This document shows positions 38,606 to 50,461 of a stretch of 64,000 bases of DNA, in pieces (the first letter of the stretch is position 1; every line of letters begins with the position of its first letter). This stretch comes from Marsupella aquatica (lineage: Eukaryota; Plantae; Marchantiophyta), in the NCBI GenBank assembly GCA_973895155.1, contig OZ316896.1, positions 1,550,001 through 1,614,000 on the forward strand. The letters are read 5' to 3'. The position numbers and the translations under genes were made by a program. The notes under the pieces are model-generated. The model was not told the DNA's origin. It worked only from the letters and a program-made list of their open reading frames with translations, and made no database searches.

Positions 38606-38830
38606 GACCACGTGAAGGTTGTCTAGGGAGGACGGATGCACAGACTTCTCTATCGTTTAGTCTACTGGATTATACGCTCTAGATTTTAATGTCTGAGAAT
38701 CCAAATTCGTGATTGTTTGTTGTTCTGCTGGACAATGGGCTCTAGAAATCAATGGCAACGAACTGAATCTAATATCCGCATTCAAGGAACTATATATAGG
38801 CTCGATGTGTATATATCCAGCCAACTACAG

Positions 38831-38981
38831 TAAGCTCGAGCTGCACCGTACTTTACAGCAGCATCACTTAAAATCTTGGTACGATCCTCGACTCCAGGCC
38901 TCCAGCCAACTAAGCTCGAGCTGCACCGTACTTTACACCAGCATCACTTAAAATCTTGGTACGATCCTCGACTCCAGCCAA
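38831..38981 (-). repeat. Two extra copies of the MES copy 3 C-terminal coding segment, located after its stop codon
   Basis: CTCGAGCTGCA.CGTACTTTACA.CAGCATCA.TTAAAATCTTGGTA repeats with periods of 72 and 80 bp. Confidence 0.9.
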
Positions 38982-40175
38982 CTAATCTCGAGCTGCATCG
39001 TACTTTACAGCAGCATCATTTAAAATCTTGGTAACATCCTCTACTCCACTGAAAAACAAGCTGTGGTCGGCATCAATCTCGTAAGCTTCGTCGGGCGGAT
39101 TGAGTTTCACAATTATACGACCGCTTGCTGTACTAATTGCCTTGTCGTGCAGTGCATTCACATGAATCCTTGGGACAGTTCCGTAGTTCTCCTTTGTGGT
39201 AGCGATTGGTTGAAAGATAGATGGAAAATTCGGGAATTTTTTCACACGGGGCAGAGCGAACGCAGAATCCTGCACATGCGAGAATCACAGTTTAGGAAAT
39301 AGTCCATGAGTTCTCACTTTGAAGATTTCACAATGCTGCTAAAGACTCGTGAGTCTAAGAAGAAGCGGTTGAAGAGAGTATGTACCTCATCAGAACATTT
39401 GTTGTAGAAAGATTTCTTCAACCTTTCCATTGGGAATTCCGTGGAAGTAATTGGACCCCCTTCGACTTTGGAATAGAAGAGCAGCTCTCGGTTGTCAGTT
39501 TGTGGCATGAACTCTGGATCGGTGACCTACAATTCCAGGAAGCAGAAGTGGACGATTATTACAAAAAAGTTAGTTACCGTGAATCTCAAGTAGCATGTGT
39601 GTCTCTTTTCACAATACCATTCTTCAGCAATGGTTCAAAGCGCCTGATCCCCTGACCAATCATGTCAACGTACGTCGAGTTCGAATCATGGTTTGTCATC
39701 ATGGCCATGGGAATGATAAACTTACCCGATGCACAGGGTAATCAACTCCATTTTTAGGCATGAAAGCTGCAACGTAGACTGCAACTGAGATTTTCGTTGA
39801 AAACAGCTCGGAGAAGAGTGCGACAGTCATTCCTCCAAGACTGTGGCCCACTAGAATCACCTGCCAGCCAACCCCCCCAATAGATATCAATAAGCGGTAA
39901 TAAGCGTCACAACAAAATGCTCCGCCTCTTGCTTTGCAATGGTCGCTCACCTTCTCATCATCCGGTAAGGACTTGAAAACATACTCCAGTGGTCGATTGT
40001 ATTCCTCCATAGAAGTGATGTCATCTGCGACTTCCGTGCTGTCTCCTGCGCTAGCCAAGTCTACAGCTGTCACACGGTGCCCTACTTTCTCCAGAGCGGC
40101 GGCGATCTTAGTCCAACACCAAGCACCATGACCGGCCCCGTGTACAAACACAAAGTGAGACTGCTTGAAACCCAT
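38982..40175 (-). CDS. Methylesterase (MES/SABP2-family alpha/beta hydrolase) copy 3, 262 aa
   Basis: Exons 40175-39951, 39860-39726, 39526-39386, 39269-38982 (789 nt). GHSLGG, HDK and DADHSLFFS triad motifs are intact. Confidence 0.92.
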
Positions 40176-40714
40176 CAACTTAATTGGAGCTTGAATTGGT
40201 CGTATAACCGGGCGGCCTGTTGGTCACCTGCAAGGAACGGAGATTATTTCGAGAAGACGTGAAAACCAGTCCCCAGTGTCTCAAATTGAATGCGCAGTTT
40301 GGAGTCGCAACTTACTGAATGAATTCCAACGAGTTAAGGGTGAGCAAGTTTCCTATGGCGGCCGATCGACTCTACAGATACATTCTTGTGGCTTTGCAAT
40401 GGTCTGTAGTCGCCAGGAGCCGCGAGAAATCCACAAACTATTGAGAGTCTCGAGATTTCTTTTGCTTACCTTTCCCTCGAAGTGAGATCTTGCCAATGCA
40501 GGGATCAAGGCACCCACACCGGGACTGTCAATGAACTGACGAGGTGCGTTTTGAACACAGCAAGAGACTCAAAGCCCAGGCTACTTCAGTACAATCGTAC
40601 AAGATGTACAGAATTGCCGTTTCGGATGGCATCCACTCACGCTATTATCTAACTAATAAAGATCAACTAAAAAATATTTCATGGCCTTACAGTCTAGACT
40701 AAGCCTCTAGAGAG

Positions 40715-41070
40715 TTAGGTAGCATAACCGAAAGCCAGGGTATACAAAAAAACAGGGATGAGATAAAGATGGGCGTAAAATAGGATGGAAATTTTGTTTG
40801 CAAAGGTTTTTTCAGTGACTCTAACCCAAGGCACAACCAGAAATGAGGCTTTCTGCTGCAAGGCCTTGTTTTGTAGTGACTCTAATTAAGAGCATAACCA
40901 AAAATGAGGATGTTGAAAAGAAACGGGATGAGGCAAAGCTGGACAGGAAATAGCATAGAATCTGCAAGGATTTTTTTGTCATGACTCTAAGTGATGATGA
41001 GAACAAAAGGGATGCAAAGATGGACTGGAAATAACATGCAATCTTTTTGTTTGCAAGGTTTGTTTTCTGT
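40715..41070. repeat. Degenerate tandem repeat (~3 units)
   Basis: Recurring GGGATG..AAAG.TGG.C...AAATA..AT...TGCAAGG.TT..TGACTCTAA blocks. Confidence 0.55.
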
Positions 41071-43392
41071 ACTCATTTCTATTTATGTTCGACTTTGTCC
41101 TCATCTCTATTTAAAATTAAGTTTGACGAACAGGGTATCAGGCTACGGTAGTAGGATAAACAACTCGTATTCCTGCTTCGGTTTAGCTGCTGATTGGTAC
41201 GATAGTGGCTACTACTGCCACTGGTTCGATCAGCACGCCACACCTTCGAGTCTCTCAGGCTGTCCCCCACTGTGGGGCTGCCCTCGACACGGCCACATGC
41301 AGCAATTGATCGATTGGCCACTTATATCCCAACCATTATTTAATAACAAGTTATGCAGGTCAGTTGCATTTTGGGACAGAAGAAGAAGAAGAATTCGCAC
41401 CACAAAATTAAATTAAATACACCACTTACAATCTTACATGAGCCGTACAGTGATGGCCAAGTTGACTACCTACGATGCAAGAAGCTAAAGAGACAGAGAA
41501 AAAGTGAATCCTCGTTTTACCACGAGAAGATGGCCAGAACATATATTCCCAGAGGAGGAAGCGATGAGCAAACATAACCACTTGATACACCAAGTGGCCA
41601 GAACTGGAGAAAAAGAGAGCAGAACTAAAACCCCTCGTAGCAGAAACTGACTAAACCGTAGAGCGAATCGACTGATCTAGACCGGCAAGCAGCTGATGGA
41701 GAGAACAGGAACCAAGTGATTCCTGACACCACCTTGTATCCGATTCTATGACGACAGCAGGAAAAAGATGTGAAGATGACGACGTCGCCGGAACCACGTA
41801 CGAAGTGATGACTACCATGTTCACGACGTCTTTTGGTCTGTCTGAAGGTTCTCTGTTTTTTGGTTGGTACTTTGTTGACCCTTGTGGGGTAATTGGTCGT
41901 CTCCTAGTCTCGTTTTCATCCTGTTCAAAATAACGGGCCCAGAAGAGGAGAAGGCAGACCAGCTTCCACGGTAGCCTCCGCAAAGCACGGTGCTCCAGGA
42001 TTCAACAGTTCATCAAAGGCTTGATTTTGGGAAATGTTGTCAGTGTATAATCTTACTCCAATGACGTTCTTAATTGGGAGCAACTTGAGCACCGAACCGA
42101 GAAAATAATAACCAAGTGACTTTTAGTGATGCTGCTGGGAATAAGTCAGAGAACTGAAGGTCAAGGACTACAGGATTCGTAGCACACTACTCGAGTTGAA
42201 AGCTCTTCGAGGGAAAGAATTTCCCGGAGTCCAAGCAGTGTGGAGTGGCCTTTGTAATATATTTTCATGATTTGCACCACACATGAAGAAAATTATGACA
42301 GGAAAAATTGGACCCACAAATCAATAAAATTTCCTTTTCATTCTGACTTGAGTTGCGGAATATGAATCCTGACTATGGTTGTGAGGAGTCAAAGCATCCG
42401 GTGCTGCCGCTTTGGCTTGTACGTGTGGATGGTGTGGAGGCAAGGTGGAGCCCAATCTGCGAGTCTCGTCAGGCCTCCGTAGAGCTTCAGCACCTAACTG
42501 GCGCTATGGATGCCGGGTGTTGAAGCGCCATTCTGGCAATTGGTAGTTATGTGTGGTTTTCCTCATTATCCGGCCACTTCATCCAAATTAAAGATGTACG
42601 CCATTCTCTTTTACTGTTAGCTTCTATTATAGCACCAGTTAAGAACATTGAATGATGATTCATTTGTCCAAAGCATTGAAGGAAAATGTAGCAGATATTG
42701 AATTTGTGATTTGACCACTGACATTGCTTGCTCGATCTGTCAATATTTCCATTCAAGAGGGAGTGAAGTCGATGCTACTTTTTGATAACCATCTCAACCT
42801 AATTATTTAGCAAGTACAAAAACGATTGCCAAGCCAGAAATGCATGCTCCAAAGCAGGACGTCTATCCTCTGTTGGATGGGCCTGCTTTCGATTTTCAAG
42901 GCAAAAAAACAAAAAAAGATTGCCAAGCCAGAAATTTGCTGACATTTGTAAACTAGAGGATCTGGTGCCCCTCCGCTTTTTGCCAGCGTTTTCCTCATGT
43001 GTCCTTTCTTCAAACACAGCAAATTCCTGGCTTATCCTGGAAAGACAGGTCGGGGCTAAAAATAATCCTAGGATCATGTCCATGCGTCCAACCAAGTGGT
43101 TTGCATGCTTTCGTCCCCGCTTTCGTCTGACTTCTTCCATCCACTTGAGGCATCCTTAGTGTTAGTGTACTATACAGGTTCTCCATGTAGGTAGTACATG
43201 GATCTTTCTGAACTCGGGATCAGAAACGTCATCACTAGACATGGACGACTCGTCAAGGCGCCCAACCGAGCTTTGTAGCGGAGAAGCAGCTGTTACAGAA
43301 AGGCATACCCCTTCCTCCAGGGTCAGCGAGGATAGAGAATTATATCATCCTTATAAGAACGAAATCATAATCATACAAAAGTGCGATCTCGT

Positions 43393-44396
43393 ATGATCCT
43401 TAGTCGTCTGGCTCTTACGACAGCAAACGGCCTAACAAGGGAGTACTTGTTGACTCCAGAGTACTTGAGTTGGCGGCAAACATCCACAAAAATGACGGAG
43501 AAGATTCGGACCATGGAGGCAGATCTGAATGCTAAGGCTCAAAAACGAGCTTATGAAATGGCATTGTCGAACTTGGAAGCAAAATTTAAGGAAGAATTGA
43601 AGGCGCTACAGGAGACGTTGGATGTTGAAAGGGGTAGATTAAAATTCTTAAAGGTGAACATCGATAATTGTGCTGGGGATACAATCATTGAAGTGGATGG
43701 CGTTCAGATATCTGTGCATCGCCTGATTTTGGTGAGAATTTCATCCACCTCCCGTCGTATTTTAGTTACGGGGTTCTTTAATCACAAGACACAAAGAAAA
43801 CATTCTGGTGGCAAGTATTTTATAGTATAATCTAATCACTGAACATTTATATCTTTCCAAAGGCTTCAGTAAAATCGAGAATAAAACTTTGTTTCTTTTC
43901 TGTCTTTGCATTTATCAAATTAAGCAGCATTGGGTGCGTAGATAGGAATATAGAGCTGCGTAAGATTAACCCGCGATAACTGAGTAGTCATCATTCTTTC
44001 TCGCTGGTTTCAATGTGACCTCAGGCCGACAAATCACCCGTCTTTCGCAAGATGTTTGCGAGTGGACTTGTGGAGAATCTAAAGGGAGTTATTCGAATAG
44101 CGGAAACTACCCACCAAGTTATGCAAGCTGTCATCACATACTGTTACACCACTGAAATATCATTCTCGAGCGAAGTTCCCCCCGATGAAGTGTTGAAAGT
44201 TGCACATAAGTACGAAATCACACATCTTAAAACCCTTTGTGACCAAGAGCTGTGCAAGAGAATTGACATGAGGAATCTCCCACACATGCTCAAAGTTTCC
44301 CGTCAGTTTGAAGCAATCAAGCTCCAACAACAATCAGCTAAATTCTTCAAGGAGAATTTTGACAAGGTCCAAGAGGGAGTTTTGAAGAAATACTGA
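43393..44396 (+). CDS. BTB/POZ-domain protein with N-terminal coiled coil (putative CUL3 adaptor), ~236 aa
   Basis: Exon 43393-43731 (..GDTIIEVDGVQISVHRLIL|GT) joined to exon 44025-44396 (CAG|ADKSPVFRKMF..VMQAVITYCYT..VLKVAHKYEITHLKTLC..) gives a canonical BTB plus 3-box/BACK-like helices. The start codon is uncertain (43393 or 43492). Confidence 0.85.
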
Positions 44397-46272
44397 TCTC
44401 TAGAATTTGTACAATTTAATTCTTTTAGGAGTTCAGTTCTCAGAGAAATATATAGATATAACTTTTTGGACATAGTCAATTCTCGATGTGTCCTTCAGGC
44501 ATTTTTATAATTTAATGCTTTACCCCGTCTACATCGTGTGCTGGGAGCACTTCAGTTTGTGCGATTGATTCAATTAGTTTGTTTAGGAATATTTTGCTTG
44601 CCAACAGGAGATAATTGCATTGATCACGAAGTGTTTATTTGATGGCCTAGTTTTTGTATCATTCTCGTTCTGCCTCATCACCATTGGGAAGCCAACCCCT
44701 CCCCCCACCGGTTTTCGGGTAATAAATTGTAACGAAGGAGTACATATAAATTTTCGATAGTCGAATTGCCTCTGTTATCCTGCCCGTCGAACTGGACGAT
44801 CTCCTCATTGGTGACCGTCGAATGTCTATGGGGTTTAGCTAGCAACGGCTGTGAGCCTTCGAATACAGTTCACTATTTGGTTCACGATTACCCATTGTTG
44901 CATCAACAAGTACTGCGATTATGAAGGAGGAATGTCTTTAAATGAACAATAATTTGCAAGAACTGCACATAACTGCACAACCAACCAAACCATCATATAA
45001 GGTGCTCAAAAATGATATCCCAGTATCACACCCAGGTAGCTCCCTGTTTAGGGTGGCTGTACTCTAATGTACACTGACAGAGAAGAGAGGCGAACAATTG
45101 CTTCATTCGCTGGCCCATGGCCAACTTAAATAGACAGGTAAAATTGTCACTGTAGCAATAAAAACCCATGTTTCCTACAAGTAGTTATTTGAGATCTCCT
45201 CAGTGGTTTAATTTTGTTAACACCACTTGACAGGACATTATGGTACTCATCGACCTTAGTTCACAAATATGAGGGATGACGGCTTCAGCACGAGCAACTA
45301 TTTTACATTTTACAATCCTAGATGGTGAATGGTGGATAATTAGTGCATAAATTCTCTCTCAAGACACTGAAATGTTTCAGATTGGCTATAAGCCAGAGCG
45401 TAAATAGCAGGCTGCTAAATCTCACGAACAGGATTCGGACTAAATAGATTTACATCGACAGCTAGTCGGAAGGATTACCACTGTGAAGTTAGTAGTTTTT
45501 GCTGACCCGAAGGTCCACAATATTGCATCGAACAGTTGGAAGCACAACCACGGCGTCATTTGCTCAGATCGAGGTAGTTTATTCCATTTCATATTTTTTT
45601 GTTTTTTGTTTTTTGTTTTCGTACGTAACGACATTTGCTCAAAGTTATGTAACTTTCTGAATCTGCGACAGATTGTGATCGATCGGAGTGAAGGTTGGGA
45701 GATTTTGGTACGATCTTGGCTTGCTGTGATTGAGACTAGTTGAATGACTCCATTCAAGTTTGAAATCTAGACATTATGATCCACTTGGAAAGTCCTTTGT
45801 CTCTTAGACACACTTTTAAATTTGAAACATGGCCGCTGGGAAAACCGGGAGAATATTACATGATCATATCATCAGACTGGATGTGCGGAAGGTCCCACAT
45901 TTCTTCTTTACGTGTATATTGAGAATACAAGGCAAAAGAGTTTGTTCAAGTACGTACAAACCTACCAAACCTTCGGAAAATTTGCTGCTATCACAAACGA
46001 TAGGATAGACATTGCTACAAAGTCGCTTTAGTCTATCAGTTTGAAGACTCGGGCTTCAATTTCTAAGGGGGCTTCGATTTCTAAGGACCGGACAAGAATT
46101 ACATGTGAATTGCAATTAGATCGACGATCACTGTCTACTAGCACACAACGAATTTTGTAAACTGCCGTCCGGTTTAGTCCGTGGCACTAAATGAGAGACA
46201 GTACAGAAATCGTCAGATGTCGGATGTCTACGGGCGTGACTCGACTTTACTTCCAATTGAATTGTTGAGATC

Positions 46273-49200
46273 ATGGAGAGGTTCGTTGATATCAAGCTGA
46301 AGTCATACAAGGTCCCAAAGCATTATTATTCAGAGAAAGGGTATGTCAAGTGCCCGGACTGCCCAAAGAAATTGCACTGCAGCTACTATGTGCAGCACTT
46401 GCGCAATCAGAACCCACATCATTGGGTGGGAATTACGGTCAACGAGGTGCCAGGATGCACAGGATGCCAGGAGCGCTACCAGAACGGCATTGCGGAAGCC
46501 AGAAACGAAGCGAACTGGCTGAGAAAGAAATTGAACATCCTCGAAATGAGGCTCGCCTCGCATTCCGAAGATGTGAGAGAAGCTCATGAGCTTGCAAATG
46601 TCAAATTGTCTGCTCAGCAGCTTGCTTACGAGGGTGCGGAGTCTATAATCGAGATGGATTTGAGGACACAGATAGAAGACCTGAGCAAGTCGAAAACCCA
46701 ATCGACAACCCAGTCGACAATCGATGATGCAGAGAGCATTATTGGAATGAAGCTAAGGTTAGAACTGGAGAAGATGAAGGAAACATACGAGCGAGCCAAG
46801 CGTAGGCTGATGTTTCTGAAACGGTGTCCTCCACATGCTGCCCTTTCAGAAACAGGCTTCGGGTCGACTTTACCTCCATTAGGAGACGTGACATTTGTGG
46901 TCCAGGGCCAGAACATCTATGCCCATCAGTTAATCCTGGTAAGCCACATACTAGAATTTTGATCAACTAATTTAGAAAGAAAAATTGATAGAGGCTACGT
47001 AAAATCATATAATTATACAGTCCACATGAGACGCTCTCGAAAGGCAACTTAAAAAACACATTAACTGTATACTGTACTGAATTTTGAGCTATCCTTGAAT
47101 TTGTCAAAGAACCGTTTCGAGACAAGCATTGAGTTCGTATTCAGGTAAGGTCTCCATGAGCAAAGTTGTTTCCATTACAGAGAGAAGACATTTAAAAGCC
47201 TCTTGCAAATTTGGGCAAGTAAGCAATCAGACAAATTGAATTGCGTACTTGCCAAATTACATATTACTAATGTAACTGGGCCAAAGAATTGCACTTGTCA
47301 TTGAAATTGTAGCTCGTTTCTTACTTTATTTGAATTAAGTTGGGATACCCAAAACTGAGCCATTGAAGGGGCTTGGATGAAGAGTAGGGTTACAAATCAA
47401 ATGTGTTTCAGAAGATCTTTGAAGCAGAGCTCCAGCTCCAGCAGAAAATGCAGGAGACCTTTGAACAGGTCGAAATAGAGCCGATCCCCCTGCCTCCACC
47501 ACCGCCTCCACCCCCTCCTCCTTCCCCTACACTATTATTGCCTCCACCCCCACCTCCTCCAGCCCCTTCACCATCATTGGCTCCAACCCAATCTCCTCCT
47601 CCTCCAGCCCCTCCACTATTAGTGCCTCCACTTCCTCCTCCACTTCCTCCTCCACCTCCCCTATTATTGCCTCCACCGCCACCTCCTTCAGCCCCTCCAC
47701 TATTATTGCCTTCAGCCCCACCTTCAGCCCCACCTCCAGCCCCTCCACTATTATTGACTCCAGCCCCAGCTCCAGCTCGGCCACTATTGCCTCCAGCCCC
47801 ACCCCCTTCTCCTCCAGCCCCACCGCCACCAGACCCGCCACAATTTTTACCTCCACCTCTTCCTCCTCCACCTCCTCCTCCACCCCCACCGCTATTATTG
47901 CCACCACTTGCAGAGGCTCCCCCAGAGAAACTCAAAGAGAAACGGCGCAAGAGGATGGAGAAAATCAGCCCTGTGGTGAGCGTTCGGATTGCCCCGAGCG
48001 CCATGTTAGAACAAATGGGTCTTCGAGGAGTCCGATGCCAGCTCATCGTGGCCCCTGGGCAGCTCCTCGTTGACGATGCAGCTTCACAAACTCCCACTAC
48101 CCAATCGGTGCAAGGTCGGACACACTCTCCCTCCCGTCAAGCTAGTCCACAGGGTTCATGAAAGGGTTGACAATACTTTCTCCAATTATTCTAGGATGCA
48201 TATTGCACATGTCTGTGGCAGCCATTGTTTGGCTTGATGTATAGCTTGTAGTGATTCATTCATGCGTTCATTCCAGTTGGTTTTCAATATTGCAAAGAAC
48301 TACTGTAGCTACTCAGTATACAGTTTAAATCACATTGAATTGTTGACTGTGTATCTGAAAGTAACTGGTCATCAATACCTGTCTGTGTTGCTTAGCTGAT
48401 ATATACAGGTCCATATACATATGCAATGAAATTCAGTATCAATGTTATAAGGGAGAGAATTTGAGTTGTACATTGGTGTGATGACATGATATATCCTTTC
48501 CCATTGTCTTGAGAGAGCTGACTCAACTTCTGAATCCCTCATTCTCATTTTGATATATTTGGTATGGGCAATTTGCCTACTGAATTGCCAAACCAGAGTA
48601 TCATTATGAAAGCATGCATTGATCTCAACACTCAGTCATATCGGACAGTTCAGATAATCACCCTACATGATGCAGCAAGTTTTCATCGGTCTCGTCCAGT
48701 TAGTGATAATTGCTAAGTCATGTGACATATATGTACCTATCACTACCTTCAGGCCACATACACAGATCCCACAAAGTCTACTGACTAGCTGGCTCATTGT
48801 TAAAATGTACAGATTCTGCAGACATGAAATCAAGGGAGAATCGACTAAAGACGGATTCCAGAAATACGGACAGTGGACAAGAACCCAAGCTAGTTGGAGC
48901 GACAGCTAATTTAATGATTACAGGTTCACCAGCATTGGTCTCTCCACCTGTGAATAGCGGCTCCTTGTTAAAATGCACAGATTCTTCAGACATGAAATCG
49001 AGGGAGGATCAAGAAAACACGGATGTCAGAACTATGGACAGTGGACAAGAACCTAATCTTGCTAGAGCGACACCTATTTCAGCGATTACAGTTCCACCAC
49101 TGTTGGTCTCTCTACCTATGAATAGCGGCTCACTGTTAGAATGTTCAGATTCTTCAGACATGAAATCGAGGGAGGATCAAGAAAACACGGATGTCAGAAA

Positions 49201-50461
49201 TACGGACAATGGACAAGAACCTCAGCTTGTTGGAGCGACACCGAATTTAACGATTACAGTTTCACAACCGTTGGTCTCTCAACCTGTGAATGGCGGCTCA
49301 CTGTTAGAATATGCGGATTCTTCAGACATGAAATCGAGGGAGGAACGAGAGATGGCGGATGTCAGAACCGTGGACAGTGGACAAGAACCTCAGCTTGTCG
49401 GAGCGATACCTAATTTAACGATTATAGTTTCACCACCGTTGGTCTCTCAACCTGCGAATAGCGGCTCACTGTTAAATTATACAGATTCTTCATACATGAA
49501 AGCAAGGGAGGATCGAGAAAGGACGGCTGGCAGAACTATGGACAGTGGGCAAGAACCTCAGCTTGTCGGAGCGATACCTGATTTAACGATTACAATTTCA
49601 CCACCGTTGGTCTCTCAACCTGTGACTAGCGGCTCACCGGATTCTTCAGACATGAAATCAAGGGAGGATCAAGAAAAGACGGATGTCAGAACTATGGACA
49701 GTGGACAAGACGGCTCACCGGATTCTTCAGACATGAAATCAAGGGAGGATCGAGAAAAGACGGATATCAGAATTATGGACAGAGGACAAGAACATCAGTC
49801 TGCTGGAGAAATATCTAATTTAACGATTACAGTTTCACCACCGTTGGTTTCTCTACCTGTGGATAGCGTTCATACTGAAGCTATCACACCTACAATTTTG
49901 GAGCAACATGCATCTACCCTGACACCGGCCACCACTCTACCGATATTGCAATCCCGGGAAGCGGAGAATGAAAACAACAGAAGCGAATCTGAGCGTGCTA
50001 CAAATGTGAAATTACAATTCAACTCACAAGCAGGGCCTACGGGCAAAACGTACTTGATTAAAACTCTGCAGACTACACGCCCAGCTGTTGCACAGCCCAT
50101 TATTAAAGTTCAGGACACATCCTACGCAGTCATGCAGGCAGTCATTAACTGCTGTTACACTGCAGATATGGAATTCACAGAGGAAGTGTCACCTGGGGAA
50201 GTGCTGAAAGTTGCACACAAGTATGAGATCGACTACCTGAGAGATTTATGCGAGCAGGAGCTGTGCAGAAGACTGAATGCAGGAAACGTGGCGGAGATGT
50301 TAAAGCTTGGCCGCCTGTTCGGAGCCAAGGAGTTGCATTCACAAGCCACCCAGTTCTTCAAGGAGAATTTCGACGATGTCCAGGAAAGTGTCCTGAACAA
50401 ATGCTGCAGTTGCACTTCCCCTGAGTGTCCAAATCCAACTGTGACCCCACTTGTTGGTTAA
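46273..50461 (+). CDS. Large BTB/POZ protein (~1020 aa): Cys/His-rich N-terminus, coiled coil, and a BTB split by a poly-proline and 56-aa-repeat insertion
   Basis: Exon1 46273-46938 (..GDVTFVVQGQNIYAHQLIL|GTAAGC). Exon2 47388-48114 (TAG|GYKSNVFQKIF.. then poly-Pro; CAA G|GT, phase 1). Exon3 starts at 48789 or a nearby phase-1 AG such as 48811-12 and runs to 50461 (repeats, then IIKVQDTSYAVMQAVINCCYT..VLKVAHKYEIDYLRDLC). The second intron is inferred. Confidence 0.72.
47483..47910 (+). repeat. CCN-rich low-complexity tract encoding ~140 aa of poly-proline with recurring PPLLL motifs
   Basis: Repeated CCACTATTATTGCCT.CA units among CCT/CCA/CCG runs, in frame with BTB exon 2. Confidence 0.9.
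48791..49870 (+). repeat. 168-bp (56-aa) coding tandem repeat: 5 full units plus 2 partial
   Basis: Unit starts GGCTC at 48791, 48959, 49127, 49295, 49463 and 49631, then 49712. Consensus is approximately GSLLxxTDSSDMKSREDQEnTDVRTMDSGQEPQLVGAtPNLTITVSPPLVSQPVNS. Confidence 0.95.

Noticed and set aside
41651-41983. 110-aa ORF with hydrophobic start
   Set aside because: Non-ATG start, no recognisable domain and no convincing exon partners.
47408-48097. 229-aa glycine-rich ORF and 126-aa Glu/Val ORF on the minus strand
   Set aside because: Antisense shadows of the poly-proline exon, which is in frame with BTB motifs on the plus strand.
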